The translations under genes were made by a program, and so were the position numbers. A stretch of DNA of 64,000 bases from a virus. Where the stretch lies: IMG/VR virus record IMGVR_UViG_3300042518_001429, positions 1-64,000 of that record. One strand, 5' to 3'. The notes beneath the pieces are model-generated. The model did no database searches and was not told the DNA's origin. It saw only the letters and a list, made by a program, of their open reading frames with translations. Of the stretch, positions 24,578 through 34,214 are shown in pieces. Each line of letters starts with the position of its first letter. Positions within the stretch are counted from its first letter, which is position 1.

Positions 24578-25390
24578 ATGAGCAAAAGTAAGCGCTCTCG
24601 TAAAGCTAAAGTAGTAAATAACAGCAAAGCCGAGAGCAATACGGCGCCGGTCCCTGACACTTCACCATATGTGTTTCAAAGGGAGAAGATCAGCTATGAC
24701 CTCAGTATTAGAGAGCTTCCATGGACTGAAAAACAAAAAGCTTTAATAGAACTTTTCCTTGATAAGAGGTGTAAGGTTTTGTTTCTTAAAGGTGTAGCAG
24801 GTACATCGAAGACAATCCTCTCTATGTATCTCGGGCTTCAGTTACTTCAAAAGCGTAGAGTATCAGATATTGTCTTAATTCGTTCAGCTGTTGAGTCAGC
24901 TGATTCAAAACTTGGTTATCTTCCCGGAGACATTACTGATAAATTCGGTGTCTATCTAGCCCCTTTTAATCACAAGTTTGAAGAACTTTTACCTAAACCC
25001 CAAATTGATAAACTGGAAAAGGATAACCGTTTTGTTATCTGTCCAATTAACTATGCAAGAGGTCTACACTTTGCTGCAAAGTTTATTTGCTGTGATGAAT
25101 CTCAAAACTTAACTATAGCTGAGCTCAATACTCTTATGACCCGTATGGGTGAGTTTGCAAAGGTTATTGTTTGTGGTGACCCGGAACAGTCTGACCTCCC
25201 TCATGGTAAGTCCGGTTTTACAAAAGTCTATGACGCATTCAATAACGATGAGTCAATTGAACAGGGCATCATTTGCGCAGAGTTAACCGAAGAGGATATC
25301 GTGCGTTCAGAACTCTGTAGATATGTTACTCACAAATTCAAAGAAATAAGAGCAGCAAATATACCACAAAATCATCACGGGCACAAATAA
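24578..25390 (+). CDS. phoH: PhoH-like ATPase
   Basis: GVAGTSKT, LGYLPGD..DKF, RGL.F, DESQN, TRMGE..K..VCGDPEQSDL, DIVRS. Confidence 0.93.
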   Translation: MSKSKRSRKAKVVNNSKAESNTAPVPDTSPYVFQREKISYDLSIRELPWTEKQKALIELFLDKRCKVLFLKGVAGTSKTILSMYLGLQLLQKRRVSDIVLIRSAVESADSKLGYLPGDITDKFGVYLAPFNHKFEELLPKPQIDKLEKDNRFVICPINYARGLHFAAKFICCDESQNLTIAELNTLMTRMGEFAKVIVCGDPEQSDLPHGKSGFTKVYDAFNNDESIEQGIICAELTEEDIVRSELCRYVTHKFKEIRAANIPQNHHGHK

Positions 25391-25398
25391 GTATATAT

Positions 25399-25884
25399 GT
25401 GAACGCTCTCATCGACGAGCTTTACGACTCGGAGGATTGTAATAAGATTCGGTCTTTTTACAAAGAAGATAACTCACTTCACACGGCATTACGTCAAGCT
25501 ATCGGTGAACAGATTACTATTAAGTCTGATAAGTTTTTAGCCTCTAATCCTATAGATGTTATTTGTCTAGTTTGTTTAACAGCTAAGTTTGCTTCTTCAG
25601 AAGACGAGTGCCATAGAGTGGGTGTTACGGTTAGCCAGATGATAGATGAACCCAACCCTCTACCCTATGTTCATAGAGATGATCCCTTAACTCTTGCTAG
25701 TAAGACACTTATATCATTATCCTTCTTTTATAAGGCGTTAGAACATAGATTCTTGTGTCACGGATCACCCTCTCCTGCGTTTTACCGTAATCTCTCTAAG
25801 TCCGTGTATAAGTCGAATAAGCAGCCAGATATAGCGGCTCATCACGAAAAGTGGGAAGGGTTCTTAGGAGAGATGTTTTGTTAG
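25399..25884 (+). CDS. hypothetical protein
   Basis: 161-aa ORF downstream of phoH. Confidence 0.65.
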   Translation: MNALIDELYDSEDCNKIRSFYKEDNSLHTALRQAIGEQITIKSDKFLASNPIDVICLVCLTAKFASSEDECHRVGVTVSQMIDEPNPLPYVHRDDPLTLASKTLISLSFFYKALEHRFLCHGSPSPAFYRNLSKSVYKSNKQPDIAAHHEKWEGFLGEMFC

Positions 25885-25919
25885 TTGGATCTTTGTAGTT
25901 TTTACTATAAATTAGTAGT

Positions 25920-26555
25920 ATGGATTCAGATACAATACTACCCCCTTTTAGCGATATTACAAATACCGAACTAACAGGAGCGAATATTTTTCAAGGTTTA
26001 TCAGGGCTTAATTTTACACCTACACCGGAACTTGTAAGTTTTCTTTCCGGGTCTAATATAGATTTTTCAAAATCGTCGTATGAAGTACTATCAGCTGTTT
26101 CTGCATATTTTTCTCAGTCTGTAAATTCTATGATACAGGGGTTGAGTGCCCCGGTGGTTCATCCTTGGGACGCTTTAAAGATGACACTATTTGACCAAGA
26201 CCATAAATTCCCAACTATTGAAGAAGTTACAATACCAGAAGGAGTAAATCTTGAAGCCATTCAAAGTAAAATTAAAGAACATGAACAAACATATAGAAGT
26301 CGAATTATTGATTGTATTAGTAATCGAGAGAGGTATGAGTTTGTCGGTCCGTTTGATCAGGTATCTATTATGTCAGAAGCTTCAGGTGCAGATTGTTTTG
26401 CTGTAACAGAAGATAAAATCAAAAGTTACGTTGAAACCGTCGAAACTATTCGATCTATAAACCCGGAAGATATTAACGAAGATAACTACCTTGAATATAT
26501 AACAAAAATTAATTATTGTCTCGCAAATATGTTAGCGCGCAGAACAATTAGTTAG
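25920..26555 (+). CDS. hypothetical protein
   Basis: 211-aa ORF. Confidence 0.65.
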   Translation: MDSDTILPPFSDITNTELTGANIFQGLSGLNFTPTPELVSFLSGSNIDFSKSSYEVLSAVSAYFSQSVNSMIQGLSAPVVHPWDALKMTLFDQDHKFPTIEEVTIPEGVNLEAIQSKIKEHEQTYRSRIIDCISNRERYEFVGPFDQVSIMSEASGADCFAVTEDKIKSYVETVETIRSINPEDINEDNYLEYITKINYCLANMLARRTIS

Positions 26556-28294
26556 GTACCTAGACGTTGAATTGTAGCTACAACTAATTGATAAGGCACT
26601 TGTATTAATTTGAATAATTTTAATAATGCGCTTTCTTTATTAGCAGGCACCGGGGCTCTAAGCTCCTTAGCTTTAGCTGGGCCGCGAACCTGTTCATCAC
26701 TTTCAAGGAGGTTAATGTTAGGTACACGCATATTATGGGCGTGTATTTGATCGGTTAAGGTGTGATGATGCGGGAAGTTCCAAATAGGTAATATTGCTGG
26801 ACCTGGCATAACACCTATCACAACACCGGTCGGTATTAGTTCTAAAGGCAAAGCCTTTTGTCCTAATTCCTTTGCATCCATTATTAAATTTAGAATCTGA
26901 CGAGGTGTTAGTATTATCATTGACGGATCTAAAGTTCTTACTGTTAGGGTTCTTAAGAAATCTTTTGCCCCTTGTACGGCTGCAAATGCAGACCATTTAG
27001 CAGGGCCTGTAAACTCTGTTTCTTGAGAAGAGTGTTTGGTTCTCTCTTCTTTATACGGACAGGTGGCTGATATAAAGGAAAGATCACCTTCAATGTGAGC
27101 CCCGCCTTGCGCAATCATGTTACCCGTACATGCAAATGTTCCCTGTGCTACAACTTGACCGTCTCCGTTACGTCCAGGGGTTAAGGCAATACTTTCTCCA
27201 TCAAGTTGTAAATGATTACCGGTAATGCGAGTTTCACCCGTTGCCGTACCAATAACAACTTCAGGACCTACAAATTGAGTTTGACCTGCTTTAACAATAA
27301 GAGGTCCTTCAGTGGAGAGCTCAATACCTTGGGCCCCAGCGCGCAGCTTAAAGTGATTACCGATCTCCATGGTGTAATTACCACCTATTGTCGGTAGTGG
27401 GTTTAACCCGTTTACTTGAGCAATTTTTCGACTTGTCTTAGTAGGGCCTTGTTTATCAATTTGAACTTTAGATGGCACATCTTTACCCTCTTTGACACTT
27501 TCGTAAGACTGAGAGTCATTATAGGCCATACCTACCTTTAAAAATTTACTACCGACTACTACCTTTACATCATTACCCCCGAGCCCGGTGCCACCTGATG
27601 CTTTAGATTCTAAATCTGTAAGTTTTTCTTTTTGAGCATTTGCAGCTGCAACAGTTTTTTGAATTTCTGGTTGTTGATTTGATTTATCTTTTACAGTTCT
27701 TTTACCTTCACATGTACGACATTTACCCTCTTTAATTTCTAAAATGTCCATGAGGTTATTAAAGAAATTTCCAATAGATTCTAATACTGCAGCACCTATT
27801 TGTAGAAAATTTAAACCTGCAAATGGCTGATTAGGGAACCAACTGTTAGTATCAGAAACTGGCTTTTTCTTTTTATTCGTAGATTGTTTACCGGCATTTT
27901 TTGTACCAGGTATCAAACCGCAGTCTGGGCATGGTTTTTCGGCTTCAGACTCTGAACTGCTCGCACTTGAACCGCTAGCCCCAGTACTGCCTGATTTACT
28001 GGCTGAAGTTACATTTGCAGTACCAGTAGTTTTTCCTGCATTGATGCTAAAGGCTTCCCCTGTAGTAGGATTAATAAAACCATCTGCATTAAGCCCGGGA
28101 GTAGATTGAATTTGATTAACAAGTGTAGCTTGTGTTGTTGCTGGCATTGCTGCGTTTTGAATATTGAACCCGGCCGCATTACTTGTTGTATTACCTAATG
28201 ACAGACCCCCGGTAGGTGCAATAGCTATAGCAGCCGGTTCTCCGGTTGCAGTAGTCGCAATTAAAGTTTTTGTCCCTGTACTTAAACTGGCCAT
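26552..28294 (-). CDS. putative baseplate spike/needle (gp5 C-terminal-like) protein with CxxC motifs
   Basis: Follows gp5; beta-helix-like G-rich strands (NYTMEIGNHFKLRAG...); CPDCG and CRTCEG; HHH...HAH near C-terminus. Confidence 0.5.
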   Translation of the reverse strand: MASLSTGTKTLIATTATGEPAAIAIAPTGGLSLGNTTSNAAGFNIQNAAMPATTQATLVNQIQSTPGLNADGFINPTTGEAFSINAGKTTGTANVTSASKSGSTGASGSSASSSESEAEKPCPDCGLIPGTKNAGKQSTNKKKKPVSDTNSWFPNQPFAGLNFLQIGAAVLESIGNFFNNLMDILEIKEGKCRTCEGKRTVKDKSNQQPEIQKTVAAANAQKEKLTDLESKASGGTGLGGNDVKVVVGSKFLKVGMAYNDSQSYESVKEGKDVPSKVQIDKQGPTKTSRKIAQVNGLNPLPTIGGNYTMEIGNHFKLRAGAQGIELSTEGPLIVKAGQTQFVGPEVVIGTATGETRITGNHLQLDGESIALTPGRNGDGQVVAQGTFACTGNMIAQGGAHIEGDLSFISATCPYKEERTKHSSQETEFTGPAKWSAFAAVQGAKDFLRTLTVRTLDPSMIILTPRQILNLIMDAKELGQKALPLELIPTGVVIGVMPGPAILPIWNFPHHHTLTDQIHAHNMRVPNINLLESDEQVRGPAKAKELRAPVPANKESALLKLFKLIQVPYQLVVATIQRLGT

Positions 28295-28304
28295 ATATTA
28301 TTTT

Positions 28305-30659
28305 TTATCTGTTACTTTTGTTAGCTTTTTGTTGAGTTTCGTTGCGTTGTTCATTACTAAAAGAGTTTATTTTGTTAGTAAGATTTTTTAAAGAATTAGT
28401 AAGACCGGTTGTTATAGTGGGTTTAGTTGTCGTTGTGCTTGCTGAACTACTACCCCCCTCTTTAAGCATATTTTTATTAATATCCTTAACTATTTGAGCG
28501 TGTTCTTCTATAATTGCTAAAGCTTCTTGCGACATATTTCCTACAATTGTGATTCGGTCACCAATAGTGACTTGATTACTGTCCCCCTGGGTCCAATCCT
28601 CTCTATTTAAACAACTATTATAAGCATTACCAGCAACCTGTTGCACGTGCTCGTTTGGTGAATAAAGCACCGACCCTTTTGAATGCCATTCCATATGCCC
28701 GCCATTTGCGTGAAATAATCTTAAAGAGCGAGCATCTTCTTCATCTGTAATAGTATCAACAAACGAAATACCACCTGATTGATTAGGTCTGAAAATTGCC
28801 TGATTACGAGGTGTTGTATCTCCTTCTTGAGGATAGTGTGCCCCTGGTGAAGAGGACTTAAAAGCGTTTTGCCACTCTCTAGAGCCATACGAAGCAGCGA
28901 AGTATACAGGAAACAATGGATCTCCTTCTCTGAAGAATACCCACAACATCGCACCTGGGTTTGGAACAGAGAACATTCCTTGAGGCATACCTGTTGTATC
29001 TGTTACAGATGGTTGTGTAGGTGTAGGGTTTCGGACCATGCCTGCCTGGCCTTCCAAACCATTAACATCAGCAACACTTGTTACTGGACCAATTGGTCCC
29101 GCATATGGTATACCCATATAATCAGTATTACAAAGACCTGTCTGTTGAACAGCCGCTTGACCGTCTGGTGTAAGGCGGAACACTGTTGTTTGTTGACCGC
29201 TTTTACCAGCGTACGCATCAAAATTTAATCCTTCTGTTTTATATGAGTGCCAGTTGCCGTCGACAAATATTTGAGCATGCCCGTATTTCCCAGCACCGGC
29301 CTGGTGTATAGCTATATCTCCCTGTTGTGGTTGATAGCCTGTACCTTGTATTATACCTAAATTACCATACAAAACTTTACCTTTCCCGGGACCCGAAGTT
29401 GCCAGAGATGTTAATTTGTTATTAACACCACCTACATCTTTTGCAAAACTAATACCAGTAGATCCCTGCCAAGCAGTATTACCGGTTATATAAGCGGCTG
29501 AATTAATAGTTCCGTTCAAACATGCTGTCACCCCACTTGATGTTCTTAATATACCATCACTACCAATATTATATTGACTACTAGCGACTGAATTACTCCA
29601 ATTAAAAGGTTTTCCGCCACCACCAGAGCTCGGGCCAGTTCCTGGTAGTGTACTCTGGCTTGTAGTTTGGGCAACATTATTTAGAATTGCCTGTTGACTG
29701 GGCTCAAGTTGTATATAGGGTGGAGGTTCTGGCGACAAAAATGGTGAAGGTTGAGCTGGGTTTGAGCTCCCCGGGTAACCGCCAGCAGACGGGTCTGTTA
29801 TATCTATAGAACTTGCAGGTGGTGTCCACCCCCTCCGTAAAGGTCCCCAATAGCGCGCGGCTCCTGTGTTTGCACTATTACCTATTGCCCCATCTTGTCT
29901 TACAAGTTGTTGTGTGATAACAATTGCTGCCGTAGTATTAACAACAGGATCAATTAGTTGTTGCTGGGAGAAGGCAGGTTGCCCATTAATTGTGGTTCCA
30001 GGCTGAATACCAGCTGCCTGCATCGCGCCTTTATAATTGTTATAATCTAAAGGAGATAGTTGAAATAGTCCATTTGAGTTTCCAGTAAATTTACCTATAT
30101 CTCCGACAGTATTTGTATTAAAGCTTGACTCTTTACCCGCTAGATGATACAGGTAATTAGCCCAAGACTGTGGTGTACCATCAATTCCATATTTAGCTCC
30201 GTCAGTGGGCACAAACCCGTTTAACCCGGAATTTGCAATTTGACTTTCCAAAAAGCCAAGAAATTCCCCTTTGCTAACAGAACCATCAGAATTTAAACTA
30301 ATAGATCCACCACCTACAGCTACCGGGTTAACACCTACCGCCGCTTGATTTTCTGTATTGTATGATTGATTAAAATTACCAGATTGTGGATTGTAATGAC
30401 CTGCTACAGAGTTGCCAAATACTGGGGAAGCAGCTTCAGCCCAAGGTAGCATCTTTTTTAATTGATCAATATCTTTTTGTGGTAATGCTTGTTCAAGATT
30501 GTTACCTACAATTTCAATTTTGCGATCAACACCAGCTTGATTCCAGCGTTCATACAACGCAGGCATAATATGAGGAATAAAGATTTGTACCCGACCTCGA
30601 AATTCTGGATCGGTATTGCTTATACAAAGCCCTAAATAGTTTCCGTAAAATTTGTCCAT
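28305..30659 (-). CDS. gp5: gp5-like baseplate hub with inserted SLT-like transglycosylase and CHAP/amidase-like domains
   Basis: OB-fold halves YLG.C..NTDPEFRGRVQIFIP..LPWA and FSVPNPGAMLWVFFREGDP.FPVY; KESSFN..GLFQL (SLT); C...GDIAI...GHAQI (CHAP-like). Confidence 0.8.
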   Translation of the reverse strand: MDKFYGNYLGLCISNTDPEFRGRVQIFIPHIMPALYERWNQAGVDRKIEIVGNNLEQALPQKDIDQLKKMLPWAEAASPVFGNSVAGHYNPQSGNFNQSYNTENQAAVGVNPVAVGGGSISLNSDGSVSKGEFLGFLESQIANSGLNGFVPTDGAKYGIDGTPQSWANYLYHLAGKESSFNTNTVGDIGKFTGNSNGLFQLSPLDYNNYKGAMQAAGIQPGTTINGQPAFSQQQLIDPVVNTTAAIVITQQLVRQDGAIGNSANTGAARYWGPLRRGWTPPASSIDITDPSAGGYPGSSNPAQPSPFLSPEPPPYIQLEPSQQAILNNVAQTTSQSTLPGTGPSSGGGGKPFNWSNSVASSQYNIGSDGILRTSSGVTACLNGTINSAAYITGNTAWQGSTGISFAKDVGGVNNKLTSLATSGPGKGKVLYGNLGIIQGTGYQPQQGDIAIHQAGAGKYGHAQIFVDGNWHSYKTEGLNFDAYAGKSGQQTTVFRLTPDGQAAVQQTGLCNTDYMGIPYAGPIGPVTSVADVNGLEGQAGMVRNPTPTQPSVTDTTGMPQGMFSVPNPGAMLWVFFREGDPLFPVYFAASYGSREWQNAFKSSSPGAHYPQEGDTTPRNQAIFRPNQSGGISFVDTITDEEDARSLRLFHANGGHMEWHSKGSVLYSPNEHVQQVAGNAYNSCLNREDWTQGDSNQVTIGDRITIVGNMSQEALAIIEEHAQIVKDINKNMLKEGGSSSASTTTTKPTITTGLTNSLKNLTNKINSFSNEQRNETQQKANKSNR

Positions 30660-30680
30660 TTTATTAATTTATTATAAAGT

Positions 30681-31964
30681 TTAAGATACAGCTATTTGAG
30701 TCGGATTATTATAGTTCGGATTAGGTTGATTGGCTTGGGTTTGAACAATGTTGCCCCCTGTGTTACCTTTATTGTATGTAGGACCTGCAGGTGTGCTAAA
30801 TGGCACTGTTGCATTATCGTATGATTGAGCTCCAGAGGTCGGTATACCTGTAAACAGAGGAGCCAAAATAGAAAATTGAGTTGCAAAACCATTTAAAATA
30901 CTAGCCATTACCCCGCCCTGCAAACCTTGCAATACACTTTGCAAACCAAAGCCCATATTACCATTAAGACCGAATCCAGTTACAGAGGATATTTGCCCAA
31001 GAAAATTATTAAGGCCAGGTACCTGTCCTAGCAAATTATTAAATAGTTGTTGAGGGTTTTGCAAAATGTATACACCTTGGTTGAAGCTTGGCGGGAATAA
31101 AGAAAAGGCAGCATCTAGTGGGTTTTGTAATGCACCATTTATAGTGTTAGTAAAGGATATTAAATTATTTGTAAATGCTGTTATTTGATTAAATCCACTA
31201 AAGATAGTAGCAATACCCCCAATTTGATTTGCAAAAATTGAAAGCTGGTTTAGAAAATCAGTTAAACCAGGGAATAACTGATCAATCATATTAACCAAAA
31301 ATTGTTGTATCATATCGAATATAGCGTTTATAGCATCGCTAATAGCAGACATAATCTCCATCAACCCTGCATAGATATCAGAAATTAACTGAATAGGTAT
31401 GGCTAATATCTGATCTACTAAACCGATAAATGACTGTATACTACCTAATATATTACCAGGTATTTCTAACATTTTACCTAAATTAAAATTTTTATAGCTA
31501 CCAACAAATTTAGATCGAAGTGTAGGGCTAATTGCATCTAGTACTGGTCCAATAGCGTTTGGTAAATCAGTTAATGCACCTAAAGGATCCTTCATTACAT
31601 TTGTTAATGAATAAAGGGTAGCCCCCATAAAACCTGAAACTGGTTTTAATGTTTCTGAAATCGCTTGATTTGCCTGACTAAGACCGCTTCCAATTCCTTG
31701 AGTAACACTATTAATACCTGAAGTTACTAACCCTGCACCTGTAGCTACATAAAGGTTCGCATATTGATATTTTAATGTTTTATAAACATTATTATCAATT
31801 TTACCTTGCAGATTAACACCATTAACTACATCACCAAAATTAACAACACTTTGCTTAGCCGCAGTAATTGTAGATCTTATAGGGCCATCCGGGCTTAAGA
31901 TTTTAAAAGCTGCAGTTGTAGTATGTTGTAATTTGTCATCTGCATATGACCAAACTTGTCCCAT
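30681..31964 (-). CDS. helical, hydrophobic baseplate/tail-associated protein
   Basis: Long amphipathic I/L/F-rich helices; immediately upstream of gp5. Confidence 0.55.
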   Translation of the reverse strand: MGQVWSYADDKLQHTTTAAFKILSPDGPIRSTITAAKQSVVNFGDVVNGVNLQGKIDNNVYKTLKYQYANLYVATGAGLVTSGINSVTQGIGSGLSQANQAISETLKPVSGFMGATLYSLTNVMKDPLGALTDLPNAIGPVLDAISPTLRSKFVGSYKNFNLGKMLEIPGNILGSIQSFIGLVDQILAIPIQLISDIYAGLMEIMSAISDAINAIFDMIQQFLVNMIDQLFPGLTDFLNQLSIFANQIGGIATIFSGFNQITAFTNNLISFTNTINGALQNPLDAAFSLFPPSFNQGVYILQNPQQLFNNLLGQVPGLNNFLGQISSVTGFGLNGNMGFGLQSVLQGLQGGVMASILNGFATQFSILAPLFTGIPTSGAQSYDNATVPFSTPAGPTYNKGNTGGNIVQTQANQPNPNYNNPTQIAVS

Positions 31965-32001
31965 TATATATTATTTAACCAGAGAATCTAGTTAAACAAC
32001 A

Positions 32002-32193
32002 TTACTTTACCAATCCCTTAACCCAATCAACAGCTTTCTGCCAGTAAGATTTAACTACAGGAACTGTAGCTGCTGGTACTTCAGCGGTAGCTTGAATAGC
32101 TTCTACTGTTTCCTTTTTAACTCTCTTAACTGTTTTTTTAAGAGTTGTTGAAGGTTTTTTAGTATATTTACGTTTTGTGGTATACTGTGCCAT
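32002..32193 (-). CDS. small basic protein
   Basis: K/T-rich; C-terminal amphipathic W..AV.WVK; late promoter upstream. Confidence 0.6.
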   Translation of the reverse strand: MAQYTTKRKYTKKPSTTLKKTVKRVKKETVEAIQATAEVPAATVPVVKSYWQKAVDWVKGLVK

Positions 32194-32215
32194 AACTATT
32201 ATTATTTATTCTATT

Positions 32216-34186
32216 TTATCTGCTAATCTCTTCCCAGTCCATTGAAGCGTGAATATCTGCGCCGTTTGAATCAGCAACAGCAACAACAGAAAGTTCATAT
32301 GGAGTTCCAGGGGTTCCGTTTAATGCATCTCTTTCCAATTGAAATTTAAATAATGCCTCTTTAAGAATATCTACTGATGTTGAACCCTGATTAGAGCCAT
32401 ACATATAACCGGAAGCTAATATTCTTCCCCCTGTATAAGTTCCTCCACCAATCTTATATTCAACAGCACTATCAACACCAGCATCAATCCAAGTTCCTCC
32501 ATTAGATGTACCGCTTGCTCGCACCTGCCAGTTATAAGTTGCATTATTCGTAGTACCTAAAAGTGAAATTGCAGTTAAGATTACAATTGCATCTAACCTG
32601 TTTGGTGTTGCTTTAAGACGAATTGACAGAACTGTATAAACCGTTCCTGCAGTTGTTAAATCAACAGGTGTTTGAACTGGTGTTCCCACTGCTTGTTGCA
32701 AACCTCTCAATTCATAACCACCTTCTGATATTACAGTGGAACATACTTGTTTTAATGTTTTGGAAACACCTGTTGCTGCCTTATTAGTAATCTCATATCT
32801 CAGAGGCAAAGATGCTGTAGTAATATAAGTTGAAGCAATTCTGTTAGCATGGTGAAATGAATGACAAACAATAAATTTACCATCGATAACAAACCCAGTT
32901 CTTACCGTTCCTAAACCAAGCCATTCGATATCTGTCCACAATATTTGTGCCTTAGTAATATCTAAAGTAAAACCAGAAGGCCCGGTTCCATCTAATTTGT
33001 CACCATTCCAAGCTGATACAGGTACTATAGTTTCTGAAGAAGGAGAACCATTTACTAATGTTCTTTCAACAAAACTCATTACACCATCATCTAGTTGAAA
33101 ATAGATACCATTATCTTGTCCAAAATAACCTACTCTCTGTCTTAAATTTGTAGCAGAAGAAGCCATGACAAATGTATTCATTACTAATAATGACTTACCG
33201 GGTTGATAAGAAAATACTTTTGTTGTTTCTCTAATAACAGAAGAACCAGATAACCCAGTTACATTTAGTTCCATCAACCCTTGATTTTGATTAAAGACAT
33301 ATGAAGCACTAACTGCAGTTAATGATGACCAGAGATTATTGTCTCTATATCTATGACTTGAATCAAATAAAGTCATAGGGGAAGATGTTCTCAATCTTCC
33401 AAAGGCATCAAGCTGAGTTGCTTCCGGTGTTGTGGTAACTTCTGTAATTGGATTTAAGACAGTAATTGAACCAGAGATTGGTAAGGTTTGAGTTGTACTA
33501 ATTGCTACAGTATTTGTTATTGTAGCATTAACAGAAGTTACAGGATTTGTTACCGTTAAAGAACCTGAAACTCCAATTGTGTTTGTAACAACAGCATTAA
33601 CAGAAGTTACGGGGTTAGTAACTGTAACACTTCCTGATATTGGCAAGGTCTGAGCTGTACTGATAGATACGGTATTTGTTATATTAGCATTAACAGCTGT
33701 AACAGGATTTGCAACTGTAACATTTCCTGATATTGGTAAAGTTTGAGTTGTACTAATTGCCACTGTATTTGATATAACAGCTGTTAAAGGCGTTACATTA
33801 GCCACTCTAACATCTAAAGCTGATAGTGTAGGATCAACATTGGCAAAATTACCTTGTTTATCTCCAATTGTTATATCATCGATAGTAGATTCTAAGTCTT
33901 GTGTAAGAACTTGAAGGCCGTTTCCATAACCAGGTATAGCTACAACATCTACGGTTACCCCTGAGCTTTCATCTGAAATGTGTACTGAACCAATATTTAC
34001 CTCTGAGGATGAAAGAGTTACTTGAAGATCAGAGAAGTTAGTTATATAATTGGCCTGAGCATATAGAGGTCTCCCTAGAGCTTCACCTTCAATAGGTATC
34101 CAGGAATAGGTTTCAGCTATTCCAACGTTATAAGCTCTTGGTGTATCTTTAGTAGCAGATAATATAGGGGTTAATACAGTTCCCAT
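32216..34186 (-). CDS. virion structural protein with internal V/T/N-rich repeats
   Basis: DAFGRLRTSSP.TLFDS, YQPGKS, DKLDGTGPSG, EWLGLG.VR.GF motifs; paralog of 6742..9435. Confidence 0.8.
   Translation of the reverse strand: MGTVLTPILSATKDTPRAYNVGIAETYSWIPIEGEALGRPLYAQANYITNFSDLQVTLSSSEVNIGSVHISDESSGVTVDVVAIPGYGNGLQVLTQDLESTIDDITIGDKQGNFANVDPTLSALDVRVANVTPLTAVISNTVAISTTQTLPISGNVTVANPVTAVNANITNTVSISTAQTLPISGSVTVTNPVTSVNAVVTNTIGVSGSLTVTNPVTSVNATITNTVAISTTQTLPISGSITVLNPITEVTTTPEATQLDAFGRLRTSSPMTLFDSSHRYRDNNLWSSLTAVSASYVFNQNQGLMELNVTGLSGSSVIRETTKVFSYQPGKSLLVMNTFVMASSATNLRQRVGYFGQDNGIYFQLDDGVMSFVERTLVNGSPSSETIVPVSAWNGDKLDGTGPSGFTLDITKAQILWTDIEWLGLGTVRTGFVIDGKFIVCHSFHHANRIASTYITTASLPLRYEITNKAATGVSKTLKQVCSTVISEGGYELRGLQQAVGTPVQTPVDLTTAGTVYTVLSIRLKATPNRLDAIVILTAISLLGTTNNATYNWQVRASGTSNGGTWIDAGVDSAVEYKIGGGTYTGGRILASGYMYGSNQGSTSVDILKEALFKFQLERDALNGTPGTPYELSVVAVADSNGADIHASMDWEEISR
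33440..33780 (-). repeat. about 4 degenerate intragenic repeats (TVAISTTQTLPISG.VTV.NPVT.V.A..TN)
   Basis: Visible in protein and DNA (repeated TGTAGCATTAACAGAAGTTAC-like blocks). Confidence 0.75.
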
Positions 34187-34214
34187 CTATAATACTTATA
34201 AAGCTCTTTAAAGA

